Shown here one piece after another: positions 49,274 through 59,340 of a stretch of DNA of 64,000 nt; position 1 is the stretch's first letter, and each line of letters opens with the position of its first letter. A program made the position numbers and the translations under genes. The stretch covers positions 14,859 through 78,858 of the forward strand of contig CASFPB010000026.1 in NCBI GenBank assembly GCA_949296605.1, read 5' to 3'. The stretch is from an uncultured bacterium. GTDB taxonomy: Bacteria; Bacillota_I; Bacilli_A; RF39; UBA660. The notes under the pieces were generated by a model. That model was not told where the DNA came from. It saw only the letters and a list, made by a program, of their open reading frames with translations, and searched no databases.

Positions 49274-49960
49274 ATGAAAAATAAAATTAATATAATTATT
49301 ATTTGTTTTTGTGTTTTGTTAGTTGGGGGGTTATGTTTATTTTTAATAATAAATCATAAAGAAGAAAAGATAAGTGATGCTTTAAAATTTAAAAATGAAT
49401 TTGAAAGCTATAATGGATTAAAATATAGTGATATTGATAAAGAAATAATTGATGTTGTAATTAATGAAGATAATCCAATGATTTATAAAACAGGTAAAGA
49501 AATATTAGATGTTTTAGAAAATGAAAATGCTTTTGTTTTTTTTGGTTACTCAACATGTGCTTTTACTAGAAATGCTATAGAACCTTTATTAGAGGCTGCT
49601 AAAGAAGAAAATGTTAGTAAGATATATTACGTTGATATTAAAGATATGAGAGATGAATATAAATATGCCGGGACTTTAATACCCGAAAAGATAAAGGATG
49701 GAACTAATGCTTATTATGATATAATAGATTTTTTAAAGAAAGAATTAGAAGAATATTATGTTCCTGATTCAAATGGTAATTTATATGATACTGGTGTAAA
49801 GAGACTTAATTCTCCAACTTTTATTTCAGTTAGTGATGGAAAACTAGTAAAAATTTATGATGATATTATTGGCAATGAAGACGATTATTATAAAAAATTA
49901 GATAGTGAAGCTCAAGAAAAGTTAAAAAATAATTATATTGAAGTAATTAAATCTATATAA
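49274..49960 (+). CDS. Membrane-anchored hypothetical protein (possible degenerate thioredoxin-like fold)
   Basis: N-terminal TM. GYSTCAFT where a CxxC would sit; 228 aa. Confidence 0.45.
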   Translation: MKNKINIIIICFCVLLVGGLCLFLIINHKEEKISDALKFKNEFESYNGLKYSDIDKEIIDVVINEDNPMIYKTGKEILDVLENENAFVFFGYSTCAFTRNAIEPLLEAAKEENVSKIYYVDIKDMRDEYKYAGTLIPEKIKDGTNAYYDIIDFLKKELEEYYVPDSNGNLYDTGVKRLNSPTFISVSDGKLVKIYDDIIGNEDDYYKKLDSEAQEKLKNNYIEVIKSI

Positions 49961-50047
49961 ATTAAGTTTTTTCTTAGAGCTTTTTTCTTGTTATGAAAAT
50001 CTAAATATAGTATAATTTAGTTATAGAATGAAATGGGATGGTAATAA

Positions 50048-50962
50048 GTGGCACGAAAGAAAGTAATAATTAATGATAAAGAATTAACTCCAACTGTTTT
50101 ATATACTAAAAAGAAAAGACGTGGAGGATTAATTTGGTTAGTTTTAATGTTTGTTGCATTTATATATGTTGTTTTAAATTTACCAGAGATTGTTAATTAT
50201 ATTAATGCCTATATAAATCCAACAGCAATTATAATTGATACTGATTCTGATGATGATAACTCTGATGAAGAAGATAATGAAGATGTTGATGTAATAGAGT
50301 ATACTTTAAGTGATACTTTAAAAATTGAAATGGAAAAATTTGATTTAACTAATTTTAAATTAGAAAATAATATATTAACTTTTGATATTATTAGTAAAAC
50401 TAATACAATGCTAGATTTTTCATCATTACATTACTTTTTAAATTTATATAATAATAACAAAATGCTTTTACAAAGAATAATGATTGACGATGTTATGATT
50501 TCCCCAAGTGAAACAAAGACTGTAAGTTACTTATTAGATGATGCAAATGTTAGTATATTGTCTTTTTTAGAAATCTTAGTTGATGATTATCCTAGTCATG
50601 TTATTACTCCAAATCAAGATGGTAATGCTACTTTAATATGTGAAAAAGATAATGAAACAGTTAGATACTTACTTAAAGATAATAAGGTTTATTCAATTGA
50701 AGATGAATTTGTAGTTAGTGCTAATGATCCTGATTATTCTACTTATTATAGTAGTTTCCAAGCTCTTGCTACTACTTATAATTCTATCAATGGAATAAAT
50801 TCTAGTGTTAGCGTTGCAAATAATATTTTAACTTTTAAAACTATTATAAATTTAGATGTTGTAGGTAATGATATGTTTAATAATAAAATATATTATTCAA
50901 AAGATACAGATGCAAAGGTAATGAATTTTGAATTAGAATCAAATGGTTATAAATGTAATTAG
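50048..50962 (+). CDS. Membrane-anchored hypothetical protein with acidic D/E/N/S linker
   Basis: N-terminal TM, then DTDSDDDNSDEEDNEDVDV; 304 aa. Confidence 0.5.
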   Translation: MARKKVIINDKELTPTVLYTKKKRRGGLIWLVLMFVAFIYVVLNLPEIVNYINAYINPTAIIIDTDSDDDNSDEEDNEDVDVIEYTLSDTLKIEMEKFDLTNFKLENNILTFDIISKTNTMLDFSSLHYFLNLYNNNKMLLQRIMIDDVMISPSETKTVSYLLDDANVSILSFLEILVDDYPSHVITPNQDGNATLICEKDNETVRYLLKDNKVYSIEDEFVVSANDPDYSTYYSSFQALATTYNSINGINSSVSVANNILTFKTIINLDVVGNDMFNNKIYYSKDTDAKVMNFELESNGYKCN

Positions 50963-50971
50963 GGGGTATTT

Positions 50972-51685
50972 ATGAATTTATGTATTAATGACTTTGAAGG
51001 TCCATTGGATCTGCTTTTGCATTTAGTTAAAACATCAAAAATGGATATATATGAAATTGATACAAAATATATAATTGATAAATATTTAGCTTTTATTAAT
51101 AGTTTAGATAAAAATGATTTGGATGGTTCTAGTGAATATTTAGTTATGGCATCTGAGTTAATACATTTAAAAAGTAGAATGCTCTTAAATTTAGATGATG
51201 ATAACGAAGAAGATAGTGATTTTAATATAAATAGTGAGGAAGATTTAAAAAATAAATTAATTGAATATGAAAAATATCAAAGTATTACTGGTATTTTTAA
51301 AAAGCTTGAAGAAAAAAGAAATGAATTTTTTACAAAAAGCCCTGAAAATTTACAAAAAATAGTTGATAATTGTGTGGTATTAGAAGGCAATTTAGAACCT
51401 CAATTATTGAAAGATGCATTAATAGAATTACAAAAAAGAATGGATTATCAAAAACCTATCAATACAAGGATTACAAAAAAAGAATTAGGAGTAGAAGAAA
51501 GAAAAAATATTATACGTGAGTTTTTAAGTAATCATTCAAAAGCTAAGTTTACAGATTTGTTTGATGATTGGTCAAAAGAAGTAGTAATTGTAACATTTTT
51601 ATCAATTTTAGATATGTGTAAAAATAATGAAATAATTTTAAGTCAAAAAGAAAATTTTGGTGAAATTATAATAGAAAAGGTGTAA
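50972..51685 (+). CDS. scpA: Segregation and condensation protein A
   Basis: N-terminal DFEGPLDLLLHLV motif typical of ScpA. Confidence 0.85.
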   Translation: MNLCINDFEGPLDLLLHLVKTSKMDIYEIDTKYIIDKYLAFINSLDKNDLDGSSEYLVMASELIHLKSRMLLNLDDDNEEDSDFNINSEEDLKNKLIEYEKYQSITGIFKKLEEKRNEFFTKSPENLQKIVDNCVVLEGNLEPQLLKDALIELQKRMDYQKPINTRITKKELGVEERKNIIREFLSNHSKAKFTDLFDDWSKEVVIVTFLSILDMCKNNEIILSQKENFGEIIIEKV

Positions 51686-51687
51686 TA

Positions 51688-52260
51688 ATGAATAAATTAG
51701 CTATATTAGAAGGTTTATTGTTTGTTGTGGGAGATGAAGGTATTTCTTTAGATGAAATATCTAATATAATGTGTATTAATAAAAAAGAAAGTCAAAATTT
51801 ATTAAAACAATTAAGAGAAGAATACAATAATGAAAATAGAGGAATACGTATAAGTTTTATTGGAGAAAATTTTAAATTAACTACTAAACAAGAACATAAA
51901 GAATACTATCAAAAATTAATTACTAATAGTAATAATAATACTTTAAGTCAAGCTGCTTTAGAAACTTTGGCAATTATTGCATATAATCAACCTATTACTA
52001 GAGTAGAAATAGATGAATTAAGGGGAATATCTAGTATTAATATCATTAGAAAGTTAATGGCAAAAGATTTAATTAAAATAAGTGGAAAAAGCTCTTTACC
52101 TGGTAAACCTAATCTTTATAGAACTACTAGTGAATTTTTAGATTATTTTGGACTTGCAACGTTAAATGATTTACCAGAATTGCCTTCCACAAAAAAAAGT
52201 GAGGGTGAAACACAGGAATTATTTTCATCAATATATAAAGAGAAACCTGATGAAGAATAG
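51688..52260 (+). CDS. scpB: Segregation and condensation protein B
   Basis: ILEGLLFVVGDEGISLDEI winged-helix region. Immediately follows scpA. Confidence 0.85.
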   Translation: MNKLAILEGLLFVVGDEGISLDEISNIMCINKKESQNLLKQLREEYNNENRGIRISFIGENFKLTTKQEHKEYYQKLITNSNNNTLSQAALETLAIIAYNQPITRVEIDELRGISSINIIRKLMAKDLIKISGKSSLPGKPNLYRTTSEFLDYFGLATLNDLPELPSTKKSEGETQELFSSIYKEKPDEE

Positions 52261-52831
52261 TTTATTAGAAGTATTGGAAGATAAAAAAGATATTATTGAT
52301 TACTCTTTTAATTGTGAAAATGTTGATTTTAATAATATAGATAATGTTAATTTTAAAAATTGTAATTTTTCCAATATTAATTTTAGTAATATGCAATTTT
52401 TAAATGTAACTTTTTCTAAATGTAAATTTGAAAACTGTGTCTTTGATAATGTAGTATTAAAAAATATTAATTATACAAATTCAAAATTAATTGGGGTCAG
52501 TTTTGATGAATGTATATTAAAAAAAATAAAATATGAAGATTCTTGTCTTACTTATGTAAGTTTTAGTAAGGTTAAATTTGAAGATATAATTTATAACATT
52601 TCTAAAATAATTTATATTTTAATAAAAAATTCTAATTTAAACAACGTAGATTTTCATAGTTGTAATATAGATGAAATAGAGTTTGTTAATTCTAATTGTG
52701 TTAATACTTTTTTATTTTCATCGAAAATATTAAGTGTAAAAGGAGATATAAAAAATTTAAAAGGTGTTTCATTATCTATGGAACAAATTTTAGATATTAT
52801 AATAAATTTTGGGATAATTTTACATGAATAA
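52250..52831 (+). CDS. Pentapeptide-repeat protein
   Basis: Tandem A(D/N)LxX-like pentapeptides (NVDFNNIDNVNFKNCNFSNINFSNMQFLNVTFSKCKFENCVFDNV...). Start set at ATG 52250, overlapping the scpB end. Confidence 0.7.
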   Translation: MKNSLLEVLEDKKDIIDYSFNCENVDFNNIDNVNFKNCNFSNINFSNMQFLNVTFSKCKFENCVFDNVVLKNINYTNSKLIGVSFDECILKKIKYEDSCLTYVSFSKVKFEDIIYNISKIIYILIKNSNLNNVDFHSCNIDEIEFVNSNCVNTFLFSSKILSVKGDIKNLKGVSLSMEQILDIIINFGIILHE

Positions 52832-52855
52832 GTCATATTATTAGTAGGTGATTAT

Positions 52856-53386
52856 ATGACTTTAAAGAAAATTAAAATAATTAATGTAGTTATTTTTTTC
52901 TTGTTATCTTTTTTATGGCATTTTATGTATGATTGGTTACCTTGTTTTTTCACTTCTATATTTTTCCCGGTTAATGAAAGTATTTGGGAACACATGAAAA
53001 TAATATTTGGTGTAATTATATTTGGTTCCTTAATTAATTTAATATTAATGAATAAATTTAAAATTAAACATAATAATTTTTATGTTGAAATTATTATTAA
53101 AGCTATTATTGGAGTTATCTTTTATTTATTAATATTTATACCTTTGTATAAATTAATCGGAGAAAATATGTTTATTTCAATTTCTCTAATGTTTATTACT
53201 TATGTATTTGTAGAATTTTTGGGCTATAAAATACTTAATTTAGATGAATTAAATATTAATATTATGCCTGTGATATTAATAGTTTTGTGCTATATTTTGT
53301 TTGGTTTATTAACTTACTTTCCAAGACATAATTATTTGTTTTTTGATGAAGTTAAGTTGGTTTATGGGATACCTTCAAAGAATTAA
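52856..53386 (+). CDS. Hypothetical polytopic membrane protein
   Basis: 176 aa with 4-5 predicted TM helices. Confidence 0.5.
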   Translation: MTLKKIKIINVVIFFLLSFLWHFMYDWLPCFFTSIFFPVNESIWEHMKIIFGVIIFGSLINLILMNKFKIKHNNFYVEIIIKAIIGVIFYLLIFIPLYKLIGENMFISISLMFITYVFVEFLGYKILNLDELNINIMPVILIVLCYILFGLLTYFPRHNYLFFDEVKLVYGIPSKN

Positions 53387-53445
53387 TATATATTTTATTT
53401 AATTTTAGTATGCAAATTTAATATATTATGTTATAATCTATTTGT

Positions 53446-53532
53446 GCCCGAGTGGCGGAATTGGTAGACGCGGCGGACTCAAAATCCGTTGGTAGTAATA
53501 CCATATCGGTTCAAGTCCGATCCCGGGCACCA
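53446..53532 (+). tRNA. tRNA-Leu (anticodon CAA), long variable arm, encoded CCA
   Basis: GCCCGAGTGGCGGAATTGGTAGACGCGGCGGACTCAAAATCCGTTGG...GGTTCAAGTCCGATCCCGGGCACCA. Anticodon loop CTCAAAA. Confidence 0.9.
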
Positions 53533-53542
53533 GATTGATAGT

Positions 53543-53570
53543 AAACTCGAACTTTTAGTTTCGAGTTTTA
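53543..53570 (+). terminator. Terminator after tRNA-Leu
   Basis: aaactcgaa / ttcgagttt stem. Confidence 0.6.
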
Positions 53571-53610
53571 ATATATTTAAAATTATGTTGTGCTTTAATT
53601 AGGGGGTTTT

Positions 53611-54351
53611 ATGAGTTATAATTCTTTTGATATTATGCATTATATTATTTTAGCAAGTGTATTAGAGCCAATTCCTGAAAAGGAAGGGTGCACTTCTAGA
53701 AAAAAAGATTGGCAAGAAAAATCTAAATTAGAATATTTTCTTATATCTGGTGTTAACATTGGACAAATATTTTATGAATTATCTGAAAGAATAAAAAATA
53801 ATAATTATAAACAACCTAAATTATTATATGATTTAGCTTATAAAGCACAAAAAAAGAGTTTTGATAATAGAAATGGTGGAAAAATAAATTTTGGAATTAT
53901 AGAATTGTTAATACCAATTGTTAGCACGCAAATAATTACTCATAAATTTGATATCAATGTATTAGATGAAGTAGAAAATTTATTAAAACATACTACATAT
54001 AAAGATGTAGTATACCATTATAAATTTAGAAAAATAGCACATAGTGTTTCAAAACAGTTTCCTAATATCATAAATTATAAAGTTGCTAATTTGTTTGATT
54101 ACTATAAATTAAAAAAAGAAGAATTGGAAAATAATGTTCATGAAGAATATATAACAGGATTTAAAAGAATAAAAAAAGCATATTTAATTTTAGAAAATAA
54201 TTATAAAGACGGAAATTTGCTTGAAATTTCCATAATTGCTTATAATTCGATTATAGATGAGTGTAATAATTATGCAGGCTTGGCAGCGGACTTTATTTGT
54301 GTTGCAATTTATTTTTATTTGATAAATCACCCTAAAGCGATAATAGTATAA
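53611..54351 (+). CDS. Hypothetical protein with weak, unverified CitG / triphosphoribosyl-dephospho-CoA synthase-like motifs
   Basis: Strong RBS AGGGGGT. 246 aa. SGVNIGQIF and C-terminal AGLAADFICVAIYFYL are reminiscent of the CitG GxNTxxG and GGxADL regions, compared from memory only. Confidence 0.3.
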   Translation: MSYNSFDIMHYIILASVLEPIPEKEGCTSRKKDWQEKSKLEYFLISGVNIGQIFYELSERIKNNNYKQPKLLYDLAYKAQKKSFDNRNGGKINFGIIELLIPIVSTQIITHKFDINVLDEVENLLKHTTYKDVVYHYKFRKIAHSVSKQFPNIINYKVANLFDYYKLKKEELENNVHEEYITGFKRIKKAYLILENNYKDGNLLEISIIAYNSIIDECNNYAGLAADFICVAIYFYLINHPKAIIV

Positions 54352-54457
54352 AGTTGTTGAGTATCTTATATAATTAATTAAACTCTAATCTTCATGTTTC
54401 GAGTTTTAATTTTATTTAATTTTTGGTAAAATAATTTATATTAATGGAGATGTTAGC

Positions 54458-55471
54458 ATGCAAGAATATCTTAATATATTTATTGATGAAGATTATCCTA
54501 AATTTATTGATAAATATTTAAATACAAAAACATTAGAGCGTTTAAAACATATAACTCAATTTTGTGGTTGTGATTATACGCAATTGTATTCACCGTTATT
54601 TTTATATACTAGATTTGATCATAGTTTAGTAGTGGCTAATATGACTTGGCACTTTACCCATAATAAAAAAGAAACAGTTGCAGCTTTACTTCATGATATA
54701 GGAACACCTTGTTTTGCTCATTCAATTGATTATGTTTTTGGGGATTATCTTAATCAAGAATCTTCTGAAAAAAATATTATTGATATTATAAAAAAGGATG
54801 AAGAATTATACGATTATTTAAAAGATGATAAAATTACATTAGAAGATTTAAATTGTTTAGATAACTATGACATTTTAGAAAATAAATCACCAAAATTATG
54901 CACTGATAGGTTGGATGGTGTTTTACATACTTGTTATATATGGTTACACACACATTCATTAGATGATATAAAGAAAGTTTACGATAATATTATTGTTTTA
55001 AAAAATGAAGATGGTAGATTAGAAATTGGATTTAATGATGTTAAAATAGCTGAAAAATTTGTTGGCATGGTATTTATTTATGCTAAAGAACTACAAGGAA
55101 ATAGGGATAAATTTGTTATGAAATATGTTTCTGAAATAGTAAAGCTTGCATGTAATAATAAACTTATTATGTTGGAAGATTTATATAATAAAAAAGAAGT
55201 TGATTTATGTAATATTTTTTCAAAAAACTTTAAATCATGGAATTATTTTAATATTGTTACAAGTATTAAAAATAGTAAAAATAAACCTTTATATAATTTT
55301 TATATATCTTTTGATACAAAAAAAAGAAATACTATACCGTTAGTTAAATGTAACAATAAAATTGTTAGGATTAATGAAATATCTAATTATGCAAAAGAAA
55401 TTTATGAAAGATTAAATAAGTTTAAAGATTATAAATATGCGTATGTAGAAGAAATCGAAGATATAGTGTAA
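54458..55471 (+). CDS. HD-domain metal-dependent phosphohydrolase
   Basis: H...HD metal-binding signature (RFDHSLVVANM ... AALLHDIGTPCFAHSID...D); 337 aa. Confidence 0.65.
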   Translation: MQEYLNIFIDEDYPKFIDKYLNTKTLERLKHITQFCGCDYTQLYSPLFLYTRFDHSLVVANMTWHFTHNKKETVAALLHDIGTPCFAHSIDYVFGDYLNQESSEKNIIDIIKKDEELYDYLKDDKITLEDLNCLDNYDILENKSPKLCTDRLDGVLHTCYIWLHTHSLDDIKKVYDNIIVLKNEDGRLEIGFNDVKIAEKFVGMVFIYAKELQGNRDKFVMKYVSEIVKLACNNKLIMLEDLYNKKEVDLCNIFSKNFKSWNYFNIVTSIKNSKNKPLYNFYISFDTKKRNTIPLVKCNNKIVRINEISNYAKEIYERLNKFKDYKYAYVEEIEDIV

Positions 55472-55514
55472 TATTTAGAAAAATACATAGATTTAATTTA
55501 ATAATTTTGTTAGA

Positions 55515-56042
55515 ATGTATGTAGGATGTGATATAGTGAGTATTAATAAACATAGAAAAGATTATTTATCTTGGGATGAATATTTTATGGGAATTGCAAA
55601 GTTATCTGCTTTAAGAAGTAAAGATCCTTCAACACAAGTTGGTGCTTGTATTGTAAGTAGTGATAATAGAATTTTATCAATGGGATATAATGGAACTCCG
55701 AATGGATTTGATGATCAAGATTTTCCTTGGGATAGAGAAGGTCATGCTTTGAATACCAAATATTTATATGTTTGTCATGCTGAACTTAATGCTATTTTAA
55801 ATTTTAGAGGTCATAAAAGAGACTTTGAAGGGGCTAAAATTTATGTTGCATTATTTCCTTGTAATGAATGTGCAAAGGCAATAATACAATCAGGTATAAA
55901 AGAAGTAATTTATTTAAGTGATAAATATAAAGATCAAGATAATTTTAAAGCATCAAAAATATTATTTGATAAATGTAATGTAAAATATAGAGAATTAATA
56001 GTAGAGAAAAACAAAAAAATATGTTTGGATTTAACTGTATAG
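55515..56042 (+). CDS. dCMP deaminase (ComEB-like cytidine/deoxycytidylate deaminase). Start may be GTG 55536.
   Basis: Zinc motifs HAELNAI and PCNECAKAI. YFMGIA...ALRS matches the ComEB N-terminus. Confidence 0.8.
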   Translation: MYVGCDIVSINKHRKDYLSWDEYFMGIAKLSALRSKDPSTQVGACIVSSDNRILSMGYNGTPNGFDDQDFPWDREGHALNTKYLYVCHAELNAILNFRGHKRDFEGAKIYVALFPCNECAKAIIQSGIKEVIYLSDKYKDQDNFKASKILFDKCNVKYRELIVEKNKKICLDLTV

Positions 56043-56053
56043 GTGGTGTAGTC

Positions 56054-56935
56054 ATGGATTTAATTGAAAGATTAAGAAAAGGCAAAGGTTTTATTGCTGC
56101 ATTAGATCAAAGTGGTGGTAGTAGCAAAAAAACATTAGTTAATTATGGATTTTTAGAAAAAGATATTATTAATGATGATGTAATGTTTGATTTTATTCAT
56201 CAAATGCGTAGTAGATTAATTAGTAATAAATATTTTGATAGCAAGCATATTTTAGGTGTTATATTATTTAATAAAACTATGAAAGGCCAAATTAATGGTA
56301 TAAATACTGTTAAATATTTAAGTGATAAAGGAGTTGTTTCTTTTTTAAAAATTGATTTGGGGTTAGAAGAAAAATCTGATGGAGTTCAATTATTAAAAGA
56401 CATTGATAATTTAGATGATATTTTAAAAGAAGCAAAAGAATATGGAATTATTGGAACAAAAATGCGTTCAGTAATTAAAGAATATAATGAATATGGCATT
56501 AAAAAAGTTGTAGAACAACAATTTAAGTTAGCTAAAAAAATAATTTCTTATGGATTAATTCCAATAATAGAACCAGAAGTTGATATTAATTCTAAAGATA
56601 AAAAAAATATCGAAACATATTTAAAAAAAGAATTATTAATGCATTTGGATAAAATGAATAAAGAAGATTATATTATTTTTAAATTTACTTTACCAGATAT
56701 ACCAAATTATTATGATCCTTTATTAAAATATAAAAATGTTTTAAGATTAGTAGCGTTATCTGGTGGATATGATAGAAATAAAGCTTGTGAATTACTCAAA
56801 CTAAATAAAAATATGATTGCAAGTTTTTCTAGAGCATTGTTAGAAGGATTAAGTATTAATCAAAATGATGAAGAATATTCTAATATTTTAAATAATACTA
56901 TTAAACAAATATATGATGCTTCAGTAAAAAAGTGA
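56054..56935 (+). CDS. fda: Class I fructose-bisphosphate aldolase
   Basis: KGKGFIAALDQSGGS N-terminal signature of Gram-positive class I FBA. Start at ATG 56054 after an AGGTGGTG RBS. Confidence 0.8.
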   Translation: MDLIERLRKGKGFIAALDQSGGSSKKTLVNYGFLEKDIINDDVMFDFIHQMRSRLISNKYFDSKHILGVILFNKTMKGQINGINTVKYLSDKGVVSFLKIDLGLEEKSDGVQLLKDIDNLDDILKEAKEYGIIGTKMRSVIKEYNEYGIKKVVEQQFKLAKKIISYGLIPIIEPEVDINSKDKKNIETYLKKELLMHLDKMNKEDYIIFKFTLPDIPNYYDPLLKYKNVLRLVALSGGYDRNKACELLKLNKNMIASFSRALLEGLSINQNDEEYSNILNNTIKQIYDASVKK

Positions 56936-56960
56936 ATCTTAGGTGATAAGATTCATTTTT
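56933..56960 (+). terminator. Terminator after fda
   Basis: gaatctta...aagattc stem plus TTTTT. Confidence 0.65.
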
Positions 56961-57006
56961 AATTATAATTGAATATATTTATGTTATAATTTAAGTGTGA
57001 TATTTA

Positions 57007-58077
57007 ATGGATAAAATTATAAAAAAAATATTAGAAAAAATAGAATATAATGGTTATGAGGCATACTTAGTAGGTGGCTATGTAAGGGATTTATTGCTTG
57101 GTATTAAATCTTTTGACATTGACATTTGCACTTCAGCATTGCCTAAAGATATATATAACATATTTAATGTTGATGTTAATAAATATGGTGGGGTTAATTT
57201 GATTATTAATAATTATAATATAGATATTACAACATTTAGAGTAGAAGATGAGTATGTAAATGGAAAACCTACAAATATTAATTATGTTAAAAATTTAAAA
57301 GAAGATTTAATTAGAAGAGATTTTACTATAAATGCTATTTGTATGGATAAAAAGGGTAAGATAATAGATTTATTAAATGGCATTAACGATTTAAATAATA
57401 GAACTATAAAAATGATAGGTAATACTAATGAACGTCTAAAAGAAGATCCATCTAGAATTATTCGAGCTATTAGGTTTGCTACAGTATTAAAGTTTAATTT
57501 AAATGATGAATTAAAAAATGGAATTAAAGAAAATGCTAATTTAATTAATAGTATATCAAAAAATAAAATCAGAGAAGAATTAGATAAAATTTTGTTAAAT
57601 GAAAATTATATGGAAGGGGTAAAGTTATTAAAGGAGTTTGAATTAGATAAGCATTTAGGTATTATATTTAACGATTTTAATTATACTAAAGATTTAATGG
57701 GAATTTATGCTCAAATAAAAACTGGTGATATACCATTTACAAATAATGAAAAAAGCACTATAATTAGTATTACTGAGATAGTTAAATATAAAAAAATTGA
57801 TTATTGGACATTATTTAATTATGGGTTATATGTTAATTTAGTAGCAGGTGAAATATTAAATATTGATTCTAAATTAATAAATAAAATGTATAAAAAAATG
57901 CCAATAAAAGATAGAAAAGATATTCAAATAAATGGTAATGAAATAATGGATTTATTAAATATTAAACCTGGAAATATTATTAACAAAATATTCGATCAAT
58001 TAATCATAGAGATATTAAATGGTAAATTGAAAAATAAGAAAAGTGATATTAAATTATATTTATTAAAAAGGAAGTGA
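57007..58077 (+). CDS. cca: CCA-adding tRNA nucleotidyltransferase (PolyA-polymerase head domain)
   Basis: AYLVGGYVRDLLLG...DIDI (GGxVRD...DxD) motif; 356 aa. Confidence 0.8.
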   Translation: MDKIIKKILEKIEYNGYEAYLVGGYVRDLLLGIKSFDIDICTSALPKDIYNIFNVDVNKYGGVNLIINNYNIDITTFRVEDEYVNGKPTNINYVKNLKEDLIRRDFTINAICMDKKGKIIDLLNGINDLNNRTIKMIGNTNERLKEDPSRIIRAIRFATVLKFNLNDELKNGIKENANLINSISKNKIREELDKILLNENYMEGVKLLKEFELDKHLGIIFNDFNYTKDLMGIYAQIKTGDIPFTNNEKSTIISITEIVKYKKIDYWTLFNYGLYVNLVAGEILNIDSKLINKMYKKMPIKDRKDIQINGNEIMDLLNIKPGNIINKIFDQLIIEILNGKLKNKKSDIKLYLLKRK

Positions 58078-58082
58078 TAATT

Positions 58083-58709
58083 GTGTTTAAAGATAATAAA
58101 AAACTTGTAGCTGAATCTATTTTTATTAAAGAAGCTTTAAAAGAAAATTTATCTTTAAACGAATTTTTATTATTACTTTATTTTGATAATTCTTTTGATT
58201 TAGTTTTTGATATTGGAATTATTGCTAAAACCTTAAATATGGATGAAAATAAAGTTTTAGAAGCGTATAGTAGTTTAATGCAAAAAAAATTAATTAAAGT
58301 AAAAGCTGAAAAAGATGGTTATGGAAAAATAATTGAAAGAGTTTGCTTAGATAATTTTTATAATGAAATTAATAATGATAGAAAATCAATTGAAAAAGAA
58401 AATAGTAAAGATGATATATTTAGTATATTTGAAAAAGAATTTGGTAGAACTTTATCTATGATGGATTGTGAAATTATTAATGCGTGGATGGATAAAGGAT
58501 TTAGTGAAGAATTAGTAATTGCTGCTTTAAAAGAAGCAGTATATAATGGAGTATTTACAATGCGTTACATTGATAAAGTATTATATGAATGGAATAGAAA
58601 AGGATATAAAACAGTTGAGGAAGTAAATAATCGATTTAAAAAAGAAGATAAGGAAGAAAAGGTTTTTGAACCTAGTATTTTAAATTTTGATTGGTTAAAT
58701 GAAAAATAG
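58083..58709 (+). CDS. dnaD: DnaD-domain replication initiation protein
   Basis: C-terminal DnaD/DnaB-like domain (EFGRTLSMMDCEIINAWMD...YIDKVLYEWNRKG). Position upstream of nth as in Bacillus. Confidence 0.75.
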   Translation: MFKDNKKLVAESIFIKEALKENLSLNEFLLLLYFDNSFDLVFDIGIIAKTLNMDENKVLEAYSSLMQKKLIKVKAEKDGYGKIIERVCLDNFYNEINNDRKSIEKENSKDDIFSIFEKEFGRTLSMMDCEIINAWMDKGFSEELVIAALKEAVYNGVFTMRYIDKVLYEWNRKGYKTVEEVNNRFKKEDKEEKVFEPSILNFDWLNEK

Positions 58710-59325
58710 TAAAGAAATATTAAGTAAATTGGATACTTTATTTCCTGATGCTCGTTGTGAATTAAATTATAACAAAGATTATGAATTATTAATTGCTACT
58801 ATATTATCTGCTCAATCAACTGATAAAAGAGTAAATTCTGTAACTTCTATATTATTTAGTAAGTATGATATTTTTAGTTTAAAAGATGCTAATTTAAAAG
58901 ACATTGAAAAAATAATATATCCAGTTGGAACTTATCATCGTAAAGCTGAATATATAAAGTTGGTTGCTAAAGAATTGGTTGAAAAATATAATGGTATTGT
59001 TCCTAATGATAGAGTTTTTTTAGAAAGTTTACCTGGTGTTGGAAGAAAAACTTGTAATTTAGTTTTATCAAATATTTATAATGTTCCTGCGATAGCTGTT
59101 GATACTCATGTTAAACGTGTGGCTAAGAGATTACAAATTACTGACAAAGAAGATGTTTTAGAAATAGAAAAAGATTTAATGAAATTTTTTCCAAAAGATA
59201 AATGGAGTAGGGTTCACCATCAATTAGTTTTATTTGGTAGATATATATGTAAAAGTCAAAATCCTAATTGTGAAAAATGTCCTTTTGATAAATGTTTGTA
59301 TAGAAAAAAATATAAGAAAATTTGA
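58699..59325 (+). CDS. nth: Endonuclease III
   Basis: HhH-GPD (LPGVGRKTCNLVL). C-terminal 4Fe-4S CKSQNPNCEKCPFDKC. Confidence 0.9.
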   Translation: MKNSKEILSKLDTLFPDARCELNYNKDYELLIATILSAQSTDKRVNSVTSILFSKYDIFSLKDANLKDIEKIIYPVGTYHRKAEYIKLVAKELVEKYNGIVPNDRVFLESLPGVGRKTCNLVLSNIYNVPAIAVDTHVKRVAKRLQITDKEDVLEIEKDLMKFFPKDKWSRVHHQLVLFGRYICKSQNPNCEKCPFDKCLYRKKYKKI

Positions 59326-59340
59326 ATCTTATATTTTTTT

